Source: Microthyrium microscopicum | Taxonomy: Eukaryota | Reading direction: 5' to 3' | Length of the DNA stretch: 64,000 nucleotides | Assembly (NCBI GenBank): GCA_010405405.1 | Contig: MU004240.1 | Location: 882,316 to 946,315, forward strand | Part shown: piece after piece, positions 25,771 through 37,599 of the stretch | Layout of the letters: each line of letters opens with the position of its first letter | How positions within the stretch are numbered: position 1 is the stretch's first letter | Position numbers and translations under genes: made by a program | Notes under the pieces: generated by a model | Database searches by the model: none | Seen by the model: the letters and a program-made list of their open reading frames with translations, nothing else | Told to the model about the DNA's origin: nothing

Positions 25771-27297
25771 TTAGGAGTCAAAGACAGGACCGTATGCAGG
25801 AATGCCTCGCGTCTCCATTGCGTAAACAACTTTACGAGTAAGCTTGCTATTACTCAGAACAAACACAGCTTCTGCCCCTGTCTCGATATACATTCGATAT
25901 GCGAGCTCAACAAGATTTGGGCGACCCTCCACTCTCGTATCGATTATGAGGGCTTCAGGATCAATTTTGCGGACAGTATCACAGATCTTCTCGCCGAAAG
26001 TTTTGAGAGGAGAAGGAGTGCTCCATACAATCCGAACGGACTGGCGACGCGAAGGGTTTGCGAGGAACGTCATGCAAGGACCGATGCCAGAACCAGTGGT
26101 TATAAAAACGACAGAGCGAAACATCTGAGCCATACTCATTGGTCCATGTCGCGGCAAGCCTTTAACCCAATATTGTTTCTGGGGGTTCTTAATCAGGCTG
26201 TCTGTAAAATCTCCAGCATTCGAAACGATAATGGAGTTGTTTTTACCGTCTTCAGATGGGAAAGTTGCGAAAGGATGCCATTCTTTGAGTGGAGATTTTG
26301 AAAGCGCGATACCGCAGAACGGGTGGATTTTGCGAGTAAAGTTTAGACGGACAGCGTGGGAAGATAGGTGCTCAGCCTCGAAATCCCAGCGGCGAAGTCG
26401 TAGCCAAGGATGGATTGAGTGACAAACACTGATGATCAGCAGCCAAAAGGAAGGCTGTTTTGTGAGCGCTTTTATAAGAAGAACACCACTAGCGTTGTCA
26501 TGGAGAATCGATACGAGCATGACTATTTCGAACCAGAATACAATCAGAGTAAGCCAACCAGCATAGCGATGCGTCAACTCGAAGACATCGTGCATGCCAG
26601 CACGTATTCTAGGGTAGGCGAAGATAATTATCAGAAGTAGCAGCGCCAGCAGAAGGGATGTAGTGACGAGAATAGGGGTTGAATGCAATCCGCCTGTTGC
26701 AAAGTTCCTCCAGAGGTTGGCCGTGAGAACTATGAACCAGATGGTTCCTGACACTGCAGCACCACTGTGGACACCGCCGTATTCGTAGGCCTTTGCGAAA
26801 GTTCGCCGAATAGATAGAGGCGCTGATAATGGGATGAGCCAGCATGTGCGAAACAAAAAGTTAATGATGTATTCCTGCCTGATAGCCGTTGCAACGAGAA
26901 AATTGGCTGAAGCAGCCGAAGCAGCCATTGAAGCAACATGCAGGCTGAACATAGAGAACCTTGAACTCAGTATGATGATAGCCAACACATTGGCCAAGAG
27001 GACAACGGAGAACAACCGTTGGTATGTCGTCAATATGGTATAAAGGAGTCCTCGAATGAATTTCCCGTAACTTTTGGCCGGTATTTCTATCTGGATTGAC
27101 TTTGTGTTCGTTTGGCTTATGAAGCTTGACTTGGGAGTAAAGGCTGGTTTGCATTTCGAGTCACCAGATGGACTTGGTGGTGGCACTAATGTCGATCTGC
27201 TTGAATATGTGCTCAGCACGTGGACAGGAAGTGGTATTGGAAGGGCAATGGCGTCAAGGATAGGCTGCGGGTCTTGATGAGGAAAGTCTGTCATCAT
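25771..27297 (-). CDS. tmpA: TmpA-like integral membrane flavoprotein/oxidoreductase
   Basis: Single exon, start at the MMTDF methionines. Several TM helices, YEYGGVHSG, HDVFELTHRYAGW, EWHPFA (FAD-binding-like), TTGSGIGP (NAD(P)-binding) and C-terminal AYGPVFDS. Confidence 0.8.
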   Translation of the reverse strand: MMTDFPHQDPQPILDAIALPIPLPVHVLSTYSSRSTLVPPPSPSGDSKCKPAFTPKSSFISQTNTKSIQIEIPAKSYGKFIRGLLYTILTTYQRLFSVVLLANVLAIIILSSRFSMFSLHVASMAASAASANFLVATAIRQEYIINFLFRTCWLIPLSAPLSIRRTFAKAYEYGGVHSGAAVSGTIWFIVLTANLWRNFATGGLHSTPILVTTSLLLALLLLIIIFAYPRIRAGMHDVFELTHRYAGWLTLIVFWFEIVMLVSILHDNASGVLLIKALTKQPSFWLLIISVCHSIHPWLRLRRWDFEAEHLSSHAVRLNFTRKIHPFCGIALSKSPLKEWHPFATFPSEDGKNNSIIVSNAGDFTDSLIKNPQKQYWVKGLPRHGPMSMAQMFRSVVFITTGSGIGPCMTFLANPSRRQSVRIVWSTPSPLKTFGEKICDTVRKIDPEALIIDTRVEGRPNLVELAYRMYIETGAEAVFVLSNSKLTRKVVYAMETRGIPAYGPVFDS

Positions 27298-27831
27298 GAT
27301 AATGGTATAATTTGAGCTAATGATAGGAACTAAACAAAAGAAGGCCAATCAAGAGATGAAGCAGTGCTGGTTCAGAGATGCGGTAGGGACTTATATAATG
27401 ACCTGATCAGACGAACATATAATTGCCCAAGCTTTTGCTGCCTCCATAGAGTTGGAACTCCTTTTGCAATGCATTGCGGCACATTTGAACTTAAGATTCG
27501 CTTGAGGCGCCAGGTCTTGGAGCAGACTGGCCGCGATGTTGATGTTCTCGTCCAGAAGTACGTTTCAAATTACCGCCAGCGAATTCGAGGCGTTCGGCCC
27601 CGATTTGCAAGATGTGTGAGCACTGAGTGAGCCACGAGGCTACGGCCCTGATTTCATCATCTATGTGCCTTCAAAAGGTTCTATGTATAATTGAGTCACG
27701 ACCTACAGCGACTCTAAGTTATCTGGTGCAGTCGATCGGAAATTGTTGGATCTAATTGAACGAGCTTTGGCAATTTTGTTACGCCTAGCTAGCTAGATAC
27801 TGAACCTGATAGATTTCAAAGTGAGATCATA

Positions 27832-28302
27832 AACGGCCCCAATTTTCCAGCTAATATGCTTATCAATGCCAGCCTTTTGGCCCCTTAGATATTCGAAAGC
27901 CGTAGTAAGCCTAAGAAGCTATCAGTTCGACTGATAATAGTTTAGCATCGGGCTAATTATGGCAATTTACTATTACCTTAAGCCTACTTTTACCTCTTAC
28001 TAACTTACCTACCTACTCAAAACTAACATATAAGTTAACCAACACCTTCTAAAAAAAATAGACATGTTGAATTAGAGGCGTAAACAACGTACAATGTATA
28101 AGAAAATAATAGCCTTATAGTAGAAGGGCTTTGAAATCAAGACGTTAAGGGCCGTAGGATCAAAAGTGCTTTGCAAACTTATACAGAATATCTACCGTTG
28201 GCTTCTTATTTGGGAAGAGCTTAACATATTTTCGGCTTCGCACGTCTAAGGGGCCAAATAGTTGGAAATAATAGGCAGATAAGCTGGAAGGTAGAGGCCG
28301 TT
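27832..28302. mobile_element. MITE-like non-autonomous element with ~70-bp imperfect TIRs
   Basis: 27832-27902 (AACGGCC...TTCCAGCT...TTTGGCCCCTTAGA...AGCCG) is the imperfect reverse complement of 28233-28302. TA on both flanks; AT-rich interior. Confidence 0.7.
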
Positions 28303-28462
28303 TATCAAATTCCGGTTTCAGAGGAGGTCAAATATTGATTGAAATGGCCGGAGATGCAGAAAAGCCAGCAAGCTCCGGATCTTGTATCCCAACCCCTATA
28401 TAGTGGTTCCAGTTACGCTCTAGTCATCGGCTGCTTGTTGCAGAGAGTGTAGCTAACAAAGA

Positions 28463-29059
28463 TTAAGATCGGCTTTTCAACATAGGCCCCACATTTTGGG
28501 AATATTCTCCAGCAACGTTACCTGCAGGCGAGTATTCGCAGACAAACATATGGTTATAAGCCAAACCACCCGTTCCTGCACAGCGAGCCCAGGCGCATCC
28601 AATGTCGGTTGTGGCTTTCCATACGAGCTGGGTGAAATGTCCGGTTTGTTGAAGACTACTGCCTTCAGGGTTGTTGAAGTCGTAGTTGGACATTTCTGAT
28701 ATCCACGCGTTGTAGGCACTTGAGGTTAGAGATCCGTAGTCGGGGTCTGATTCACTATTGCTGATCATGAAGAGATTCTCGCCATAACCACTTCCGCTCT
28801 ATTCGTTTTGTCAGTCATCGATATCAGAGTATTTTATGCTGCTTACATGCTTAAACACGCATTTGTCTGCAACTTGCTTCGCCACCAGTGCTAGCTGACC
28901 ATTCCAGTTGACAGGCTGAGCTTGAGCTTGAGTGCGAATGTTGTTGTTTTGAGATAGGTTGAGATCTTGGAAGCTTTGGTCATTGATATCGGGAACACCG
29001 GCAAGAATGTGGTGCGCCAAGCATGATAATACAATCACGAAGGAGTTGAGATATTTCAT
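28463..29059 (-). CDS. Secreted CAP/SCP (PR-1/PRY-like) protein
   Basis: Exons 29059-28847 and 28798-28463. Signal peptide MKYLNSFVIVLSCL, CVFKHS, YGENL, GHFTQLVWKATTDIGCA and VCEYSPAGNV. Confidence 0.92.
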
Positions 29060-31668
29060 GGTGCAATCAGGTTGTGAGGTTGATCTGTGAGGTTTATGAA
29101 AGATGCTTGTAGTTGTTGCATAATTTCCACAAAGCGAACGTGCTCTGGCTTTATACAATTTTCATCAAACGCAAGGACGACGAGCCTGTGACACCAAAAG
29201 TATATTGTGATACCTGATCCTAGAGAAGTGACATTGTACAAACAGGCATACACCATAAAGTAAATGCTACTCAGGTATTTTACTCACACATAGAGTTATG
29301 ATATTTCTCAAGTGACGCACATAGCATGAACAACTTATCAGTTATTGAGCCCTGCTATCGGGGAGCCAATAAATCGTTTGGTTGAGCAAGTGTCCTGTAA
29401 CATCTGTATAAAAATGAACATGCAAGGCGGACGTTTAGCACGTCCATCTTCAATACATCTCAAAAATTCTGTCTTGGCGAGTGCATTTTGGTTTGTATAG
29501 AGGAATTCGTTGGAAGTTCGTAAAGGTCTAGTTTCGATGCTGCTTCAACGTGATGATATGTTCCTCCAGTTTTCACTGATATAGATTCAAAGGTCATGGA
29601 ACAGATCAATTGTAAAGATGCCAAGACGCCCAAGACGCCCTATGTCAATAGTTAAGACAGTGAACTGGTTGTGAAAAAGCGCTCGGATATATGATGGTAG
29701 ACTCTTAGATTTATCAGCTTTCTCAACAAAAAGAGTAAAAACAGTTGAAGTTAAGTTGTACTTTGCAGGCCACAAGAAAATGAGAGGATCACGCTATCAA
29801 TTCAATGATAACAGGTATTAGTATAACAGCTGATGCTACCATCAAGATATGCTGAAATCCTTATGAACTTATTTTCAACTCTCGCAGGAGTGCAATAATG
29901 TCATTGTTCCTTGCGGACTCTTGGTCTTGTCCGAAATTGAGATAGTATAAAGGAAACTTCCATCATATGTTTGGCATATAGCTTATCAAACTAAAAGTTT
30001 TGGCTGGAGATATGGATGTATGACCATTTCCCACCACAGCGAACATATCCTGTCCTACCCCAAAAACAAGTCGATAGATGATCTTTTCAGATTAGATGGG
30101 GCTTCCTACACCTACTCCCTTAACTGGCTGATTACTTTAGGCAAATGGGGACAATGTCTTCCATATAAGCTAATTGAAGTGCTAGGTTTCGAGTAACATT
30201 ATTGACCTCGTTGCTAAAAGTAAGAAATATCTCCAAGAATACGTCTTGTGTAATAAATTCATACATATTACACTCATACAATGAATTTAACGTATCACTA
30301 CTTCTACTAGATCATAACACAATTCCTTCCTTGAAGAGATAGCGGCGTGACTTTTTCTGGGCCAGAATCAGGAAAGAAATAACAATCCAACTTGCAGCAC
30401 TTTTCCATTGCAGATCTGCGCTTTATGTCTCCCATTATTGGAGGTTGGAACATCACGCTGGTTGATTTCCAGACGGCTATCCATATTTATGGCCTATTGC
30501 GCTGAAGGATTGGTCAGTGCGATAAATCAGCTCGATAAGGCGTTGCTGATTATAATTTCTTTGATCATTGCAGGATTTGCTTTTTCTTTACCCCATAAAG
30601 CTTAATTCTTATGTGCGTAAAGTAGTACCATATTGTCCTACTGTATTCTAAAGATATCTTCTATCTTAGCCTACTAAGCTGCGATAGTCAGCATAGATAC
30701 TGGAAATGGTCCCTTACTGCTTTTCCTATTTACTGCTGCAGCCGAATGTAAACAATATTGTGCAGCCAAGCCAGCCTGATGCTCTTGTAACCCTGTCAAA
30801 CATGGGCTGCAGACGCAGAAGTGCCCTCGTCTCGACCCAAGCGGATACGAAACCAACGCCAGTCAGCCTCCCCTTTTGCTTCACTTGAGCTGTCGTAGCA
30901 CCTCGTTGTTCTCGCACCGCCGAGAGTCGAGAGTCGAGTGCCAGGCCTAGCCCTACAGATGGGCGCAACCGTATATTCATGATGATCAGTTCAAACTCAG
31001 CAATGTGAAACCAGGTTCCAATGTTGGCAAAATGTAGAGGGCCGCAACGACATCTCCCCTTTGTGAGCAAACACTATTGCGAATGTCTCTTCTACTATCA
31101 TTCTGAATCATCAATCAAGGAATGATATTAAAAATAGCTGTTATTGGCAGTACCTTGATAAGGTTCCTGACTAGTCTAACCAGGCTAGATAATAATCTCA
31201 AAAGGCGACCTGGAAATGGTGCTGCAGGGGTGAGAAGTCGGCGCAAACTGTCACCTCAAAACGCCAACGTTCAACGCCTCCTGCGACTTGACTCGTCCCA
31301 AGGTTTCGACAAAGCCGTTGACATCCCGCTTGGCCTGCAAGTACAATGTCTCTTCCGCAGCCACTGACCTGGAATGCGGGCCTTGTCATTTAGGGATCTG
31401 CTTTTGGACTCGATGTGAGCTCATGGTGTGTTGCTCTGCAGTATATGATCACCGTAGTCCCTTTCCCACTTGCCGCGTTTCAATTCCATTTCACCACAGC
31501 CAGTACGTTTTGTTGCACTGCATTCTATTCGAGGCTTCCGTTCGTTTACTACCTCTTGCCTCTTGAAATTTTCTCTCTGACTTGTTTTCCACACTCTATA
31601 TTGTAGTACATTCAGCATACTCAACCACACACCAGTACCACTAGACTACCTCGACTAATTATACCACC

Positions 31669-32117
31669 ATGCGCGGCCTTATCGCTATTCTTCTCCCATT
31701 AACTGTCCTCGCTCAGGGGAATCCAGTGGGAAACCCGGCCGGCGTGATTCTGGGAATATACGGAATGTGTGGAACAAACCCAGTGGACTGCGGAAATGGA
31801 TGGTGCTGTCTGGCTGGCCAGACATGTGCGAGTGCTTCAGCGAGTGCAAACAATCCCATGTGTTCCTTGGACGCTGCCGATGGGTGAGCCTGTTTGTCAG
31901 ATTTTCCAAGGCTCTCGAGACTAACTTTTACAGACAACTAGTCGTAAATGCCGCCTACTTTGGAAAACTTCAATCACATCAAGTCGCTCCAAGTACCGCA
32001 AACGGATCTTCGAAAGCACCAGAACAACAAACAACGAACAGTGGTTCAAAATCTGGGGCATCATTAATATTGGCCTCTGCTCTTACTGCCGCTGCGCTGG
32101 CGGTCTCAGCACTATAA
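31669..32117 (+). CDS. Small secreted Cys-rich, probably GPI-anchored protein
   Basis: Exons 31669-31883 and 31934-32117. Signal peptide, 6 Cys (C...CGNGWCCLAGQTC...C), Ser/Thr linker, SGA omega-like site and a hydrophobic tail. Confidence 0.8.
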
Positions 32118-32716
32118 GCTTGGCTTAAAACTGGAACGGCACCTATATACAACAACTATTCCAGGAGCTGCACATCCCTACGTCTGTTCAGCTCTGCATA
32201 TCACGGAGTTCAAATTTGGGCGGAACTGACATGGAAAGGTCAAATGTTGTTGATTCATAAAGGAGTTCAACGACCAGAAGTATCAGGCACTGGTCAAGTC
32301 TAATGGTGTAATGCTGAGCAAGATATGGGGCTGGGGAATTATAATGGCGCCTCATTATCAATTAAAAACTAATGCAGAAATCGATCATCTAATGCCCGGA
32401 AATGTGAGAGACGAAATGCTCCACCTTCAGCATACGCCTGACTTGTGCATTAAGACCACGAAGTAAGGTGGCGTTTGCGATGAGTGCCCAGAATCGATAA
32501 TGTTTATGAAATATGAAGTTGCCTGGCACTGATATTGTTTGGTGATTACAGTATGGAGGGCTGTTTCCGACCTCGGCCGGTTGCACTTGAAGCTCAAGGA
32601 GAGGAAACAAAAGTATCCAAAAATTCATCCCACCAAACCCCGCTGTTGTGATATTTCCCCTTTGTACTTCTTCCTCTCCTAAATTTCTATCAACACAAAC
32701 ACAACCAGCGATAATC

Positions 32717-33965
32717 ATGTCATTCGAATTAGTGTGCCTCGAGAATCCCATTCTAGATATCTCCGGTCAAGGGTACGCAGCCATCATAGACCTCAATGGA
32801 TGCTGACAGCTGACGTGCGATAGAGATGAAGCTCTTCTTCAAAAATATGGATTGAAAGCCAACGATGCAATTTTGGCTGAGGAAAAGCACTTGGGTCTCT
32901 ATGAAGACTTGATACAGAACCATAACGCGAAATTGATCGCTGGAGGAGCCGCGCAGAACACTGCTCGTGGAGCGCAGGTAGCTACACTTTGGCATGCCAG
33001 TGCTACTGGGCTAATATTTTCGCATAGTACATTCTTCCTGCTGATTCTGTAGCCTTTATCGGCTGCGTTGGCAAGGACAAATACGCCGATACACTAAGAG
33101 AAGCTGCGAAAGCAGTTGGCCTACGTGTTGAGTACCGCGTCGACGAAGAGCAACCCACTGGACGATGCGGCGTCATCATCACTGGTCACGATCGATCAAT
33201 GGCCACCGATCTAGCGGCCGCCAACTGCTACAAGCTCGAGCATCTCAAGTCCGAGAAAGTCTGGCAATTGGTCGAACAGGCCAAGGTTTACTACGTTGGA
33301 GGCTACCATCTCACAGTGTGCCCGCCAGCTATCCTGGCGCTGGCTGAGGAGGCCGAGAAAAAGAACAAGGTTCGTATTCGAGTCTACTACCTCTATCCCA
33401 ATGTGCCCTGAGCTGATGTCATTATTAGACATTCATCCTGTCGATATCCGCGCCCTTCATCCCCTTTGCCTTCAAAGATGCTCTGGACCAAACCGCACCA
33501 TACTGGGACTACATCATCGGAAACGAGGCTGAAGCCGACGCGTGGGCGGAAACACATGGACACAAAGGGAAATCCAGACAAGACATCGCAAAGGAGCTCG
33601 TCAAACTTCCAAAGGCCAATGCAAAGCGACAGCGCACGGCTATCATCACACAAGGCACAGATCCAACCATTGTCGCGATCGGAAAAGAAGGTGGAGATGT
33701 GGAGATCAAGGAATACCCCGTCCATGAGATAGGCAAGGACAAGATTGTGGACACACTTGGTGCTGGGTGAGTATTTGATAAACTGTACTTTCCGGAAATG
33801 ATCTAATAACTGTTTAGTGATGCTTTTGCTGGAGGATTCGCTGCCGGAATTGTTCAGGGTAAAGATTTGGACACATCCATCAACATGGGCCAATGGCTGG
33901 CCAAGCTCAGCATACAAGAGTTTGGTCCTTCTTACCCCATGCCTAAGCAAACCTACTCAGCTTAA
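32717..33965 (+). CDS. ADO1: Adenosine kinase (PfkB family)
   Basis: Exons 32717-32772, 32824-32977, 33028-33369, 33429-33766, 33818-33965. Motifs CLENPILDI, AGGAAQNTARG, PTGRCGV, IGNEAEA and DTLGAGDAFAGGF. Confidence 0.95.
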
Positions 33966-34436
33966 AAGCTCCGTCAAGAGCTAGAATGTGGTATCGATTG
34001 CATTGTCTGCTGCATGGATGGAAAATCGGAGTCTTCCTTTGAGCTGGATGAGGGAGAGAGCGTATGACGATTAGTATCAGATACCAAAAGATCTTCAACA
34101 ATCAATGTATAATCAAAACAACCTTTTCAACGATTTATTCTTCAATCCATAGCCCGACTAGACTTGTTGCTTGACAATCTCCAAAAGCAAGGCTGAGCTG
34201 CCACCAATCACACGAGAAGGGACTACCCGGCGCTAATCACCTATTAGCGTGGCGTGCTAAATCTTGACAACACATGGCGTTGTCCTGGCAATCCATACTG
34301 TAAATAAACCAACTTGGACTTTTTCAAAGACCCCAATTCCGCCAATCTGTCCTCGTGTAACAGAACAGACTCCCACAAAGAAAACTACTTCATCACATTA
34401 GCTTTGAGATCGCGCTCAGAATCACAGTCACATTCC

Positions 34437-36278
34437 ATGGCAGCACTGACCGCAACTTCCTCTCCCGCTCCTGCGAACCAGCATTTACCCATCCCCGACT
34501 ATCACGAAGACGACTCGCACCACAAAGCCTACGCATCGAGCGAGCGTACAACTCCTTCACGCCGTCAGTCAGGCTTTACAAACATCTCCTCCATTCCACC
34601 CTCTCTACCAGCCGACGACATTCCTTACATCCACCGCAAGCACCGACAAGCTTTCCGATCTCCTAGCTCCGTCCGCGCGATCCAACTCTCCTCGCCATCG
34701 CCCGTCGCATCTCCACGACACAGCCTTTCTGATACGCGGAAATGGTCACTCGCAGCAGTGCACAAGTACGGACCACGTGACGATTTGCACAGCGAGCCAG
34801 CGACGTCTGAGCCGGAACATGGGTCGCATCTTCGCCATCGGCCTGATAGCGGCGCGAAACTTTATCGCGCGCCATCAGATACTACTACGAATTTGACATC
34901 TTTCACTGAGTCACGGCCACCGCTGATTCTGCTGCATGTCAGCGTTCTGCGTGGCGCAGAGACGAGATACTCGCGCTCGCTGTTGGAAGCCCATGCGCCA
35001 CGCTATGTGCAGGATAACTTGAGGCTTCTGGCTGAGAAGTTGAGCGATGAAGTCGTCGCGCGAGGCGTGTTATTGCCACATCCTGGTGATGAGTATGAGA
35101 TGCTGGAAGAGCGGCTGTTGGAGGCGCTTGAACTGGTCCCACCACGCGTGCTGGACTGCGGACATTTTTATGACCCCGAAATGGACGAGGCTGAAGAAAT
35201 GGGAGACGATCGATCGACGGTGGGTGATGGTGGTGAAATGAAGACAATTTGCAGTTATGCGCATGCTGAGATGGATGGCGCACCTGATGAGATTGCTCGA
35301 GATCCGGTTTGCGATACTTGTGCGCAGCCCATGCACCTGCCTTCCCGCGGTGCAGGACATGGAAGTCAGCGCTGGGAAATCAACTTCTATGCGGCAAACG
35401 GTCTGATGCGGGCGGGTGCTTGGGCAGCGGCGTGGCGAGAAATGGAGCGGGTTGATGTTGAGATTGCACCGTGGATGTCGAGCTCAGTCAAGCGGACAAT
35501 GGAAATGGCAGCAGCGAAAGAGGAGGAGAAATCTGCTACGGAGCGTCGCGAATTCGAGCTGCAAATTGACATGTTGCAGATGGATGTCAAGGAAGCGGCT
35601 CAACGAATTCATGAGCTTGAGGATGACTTGGTTAAGCTTCAGACGGAGAGAGAGCAGAGTATACAAGTCCCGGTTTCTACGAGCGGCGATGGCAGCAAAG
35701 AACTTCCTACTACTTCAACCATTATTCCACCGGATCTTATCCAGATCTCGACGATTCCGCTGCTCAATGAAAGTCTTTCAAGCGTCGAAGCTACCACAAA
35801 ACCGGAACGCCTTGCTCAAGACATACCCCTTGGTCGCTTACTCCAGCGCTATGTGATGCTGTGGGCTCAAGACCGACGAAATATTGCTCTATTCATAATG
35901 TCAGTTGTCGTTCTGTTCCTTGGAATGGCACTTGTGTCAAAGACTGGGTCAAGCAATGCTATATTACCACCTACACTGGCACCAACATTACCGTCGGCCC
36001 AAATTTCACCTGTCGTGGAATATCAAGTCCCACAGCTTTCAACATCGCAGAACTTGACCTCTGCACGTCCAATAGTTGCCGAGGCCATAGTCCCAGATGA
36101 TGTCAAGCTCCAGATACAAGAGCCGATCGAAGTCTTGGAGCCAGAGAACTCCGAACCACAAGCTTCAGCAATGCTGCCATTATCCAACGAGTCCAGACAA
36201 CAATCCGCTCAAGCTCAGCCGTCGGGCGAAGGTCAAGACCCAGTACTTGAGAAGATTTATCCCTCTATTCCAGTCTGA
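34437..36278 (+). CDS. Conserved fungal hypothetical protein with coiled coil and one TM segment (family often labelled 'pathway-specific nitrogen regulator')
   Basis: Long intact ORF with motifs PLILLHVSVL, RGVLLPHPGDEYEMLEERLLEAL and YAANGLMRAGAWAAAWREMERVDVEI, plus TM segment IALFIMSVVVLFLGMAL. Function cannot be assigned. Confidence 0.75.
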   Translation: MAALTATSSPAPANQHLPIPDYHEDDSHHKAYASSERTTPSRRQSGFTNISSIPPSLPADDIPYIHRKHRQAFRSPSSVRAIQLSSPSPVASPRHSLSDTRKWSLAAVHKYGPRDDLHSEPATSEPEHGSHLRHRPDSGAKLYRAPSDTTTNLTSFTESRPPLILLHVSVLRGAETRYSRSLLEAHAPRYVQDNLRLLAEKLSDEVVARGVLLPHPGDEYEMLEERLLEALELVPPRVLDCGHFYDPEMDEAEEMGDDRSTVGDGGEMKTICSYAHAEMDGAPDEIARDPVCDTCAQPMHLPSRGAGHGSQRWEINFYAANGLMRAGAWAAAWREMERVDVEIAPWMSSSVKRTMEMAAAKEEEKSATERREFELQIDMLQMDVKEAAQRIHELEDDLVKLQTEREQSIQVPVSTSGDGSKELPTTSTIIPPDLIQISTIPLLNESLSSVEATTKPERLAQDIPLGRLLQRYVMLWAQDRRNIALFIMSVVVLFLGMALVSKTGSSNAILPPTLAPTLPSAQISPVVEYQVPQLSTSQNLTSARPIVAEAIVPDDVKLQIQEPIEVLEPENSEPQASAMLPLSNESRQQSAQAQPSGEGQDPVLEKIYPSIPV

Positions 36279-36485
36279 TATGCCCCGTACGCTCAATTGA
36301 CGCTACTCTACCTACCTACCCACTCCTGTTAACGCCCCTTCCTGTAGAACTTTCCAGCCATTTCCGTTTCAATATACCCCCGTACGACCAATGTATCTCG
36401 CTCCTATCATGTCAAGCGCACGTATAAATGTCAGACTTATTCTTGTAATTATGCCAGCCCGTATTTAGCCAGCCAGTAATGAAAT

Positions 36486-37599
36486 TTATGCTTCTTTCAT
36501 ACTCGCCGCCCGCAGTACCTTCATACGTTGTTCCGACTTCTTCTTACCTCCTTCAATCCATGACTTGTAGCTATCATCGCCCTCTGCCTGCTTGGCCTTC
36601 ACCACGCCCTTGGTCAAGTCGCCAACGAAGCCTACAAAATTGTGGCGCCGCAGTGAGTTCTCCCACACCCACTCGCGTCGCTTTCGTTCCTCGATATGTA
36701 GCGTCTCCACATCACCGATCTCCTTTGCGCGGATCCGAGGATCTCTGATCATAGCTAGGAGGTTGAAGTGGATCTCACCTTCAGGGTAACGGTTGATCCG
36801 CCGTTGTAGAACGGGGACAACTTTGTCGGGAAGTTCAGTGGGTAAGCAGGCGCCATGTGATATAGGAGCTGGTGCTAAGCCATCAAGCTCGTATAGAATG
36901 CCATTTACTGATGTGTATGCGATGAAGTGATAGACGTCATCTGAGTCAGTAGAAGTGCGCTGAGTTTCGTCAATGAAGGGTGAAGCTCGTGCGAACGAAT
37001 TGTGCACCGATCTGATTAGGTCGGAATTAGATAGAGTCTCGCCCCGAAGCTGTTGGTCATATGGTTAGCATGTGAAGTGAATATGGAAGAATAAGATTGT
37101 TTCCTACATCTGGAGGAAAGGCTATAGTGAAGTCTTTGAATTCACGCAGAGGGGCGCCGATATCAACGTCGGGTATATTGAGAAGCACGCTTAGCAGAGC
37201 CTGAGTCCCACATGCATTCTGGATGACTTGTTGAGCGAAGAAGATATTTTCTGCTGCTTCTGTGTCAAAAGTGCCATCCTCTGGTTTGTTGTCGGTCGCC
37301 TTTGAAGAGACCCATTTGAAGAGAAATATTACGCCATAGATTGGGCTGTTGAGTTTCAGTATTCCGCTCGTGGCGAGATAGCGATGTAACAGACCTAAGT
37401 GAATGAAGACTGTCAGCATCTAAGCTTACAAGCTCTTCAAACTGCACACCCTTGGCTCCGAGACCTTCTAGTAAATGGGTAAAGACGCCCTGTAGATCAC
37501 AACAAGTTGTCAGTCTATGCGCCTATAACAGAGAGCACCGAGGGAAGGGTACGGTAGACGCACAGCATCGCTCTCAATCGTATTCCATCCACCAGACAT
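36486..37599 (-). CDS. UCH37: Proteasome-associated ubiquitin C-terminal hydrolase (UCH37/UCHL5)
   Basis: Exons 37599-37564, 37489-37395, 37345-37108, 37049-36486. Motifs WNTIESDAGVFT, QVIQNACGTQA (catalytic Cys), YHFIAY, YELDGL and ENSLRRHNF. Confidence 0.95.

Noticed and set aside
25627..26301. 224-aa plus-strand ORF and many other antisense or alternate-frame ORFs in the track
   Set aside because: They overlap well-supported genes and have no recognisable motifs, so they are treated as shadow ORFs.
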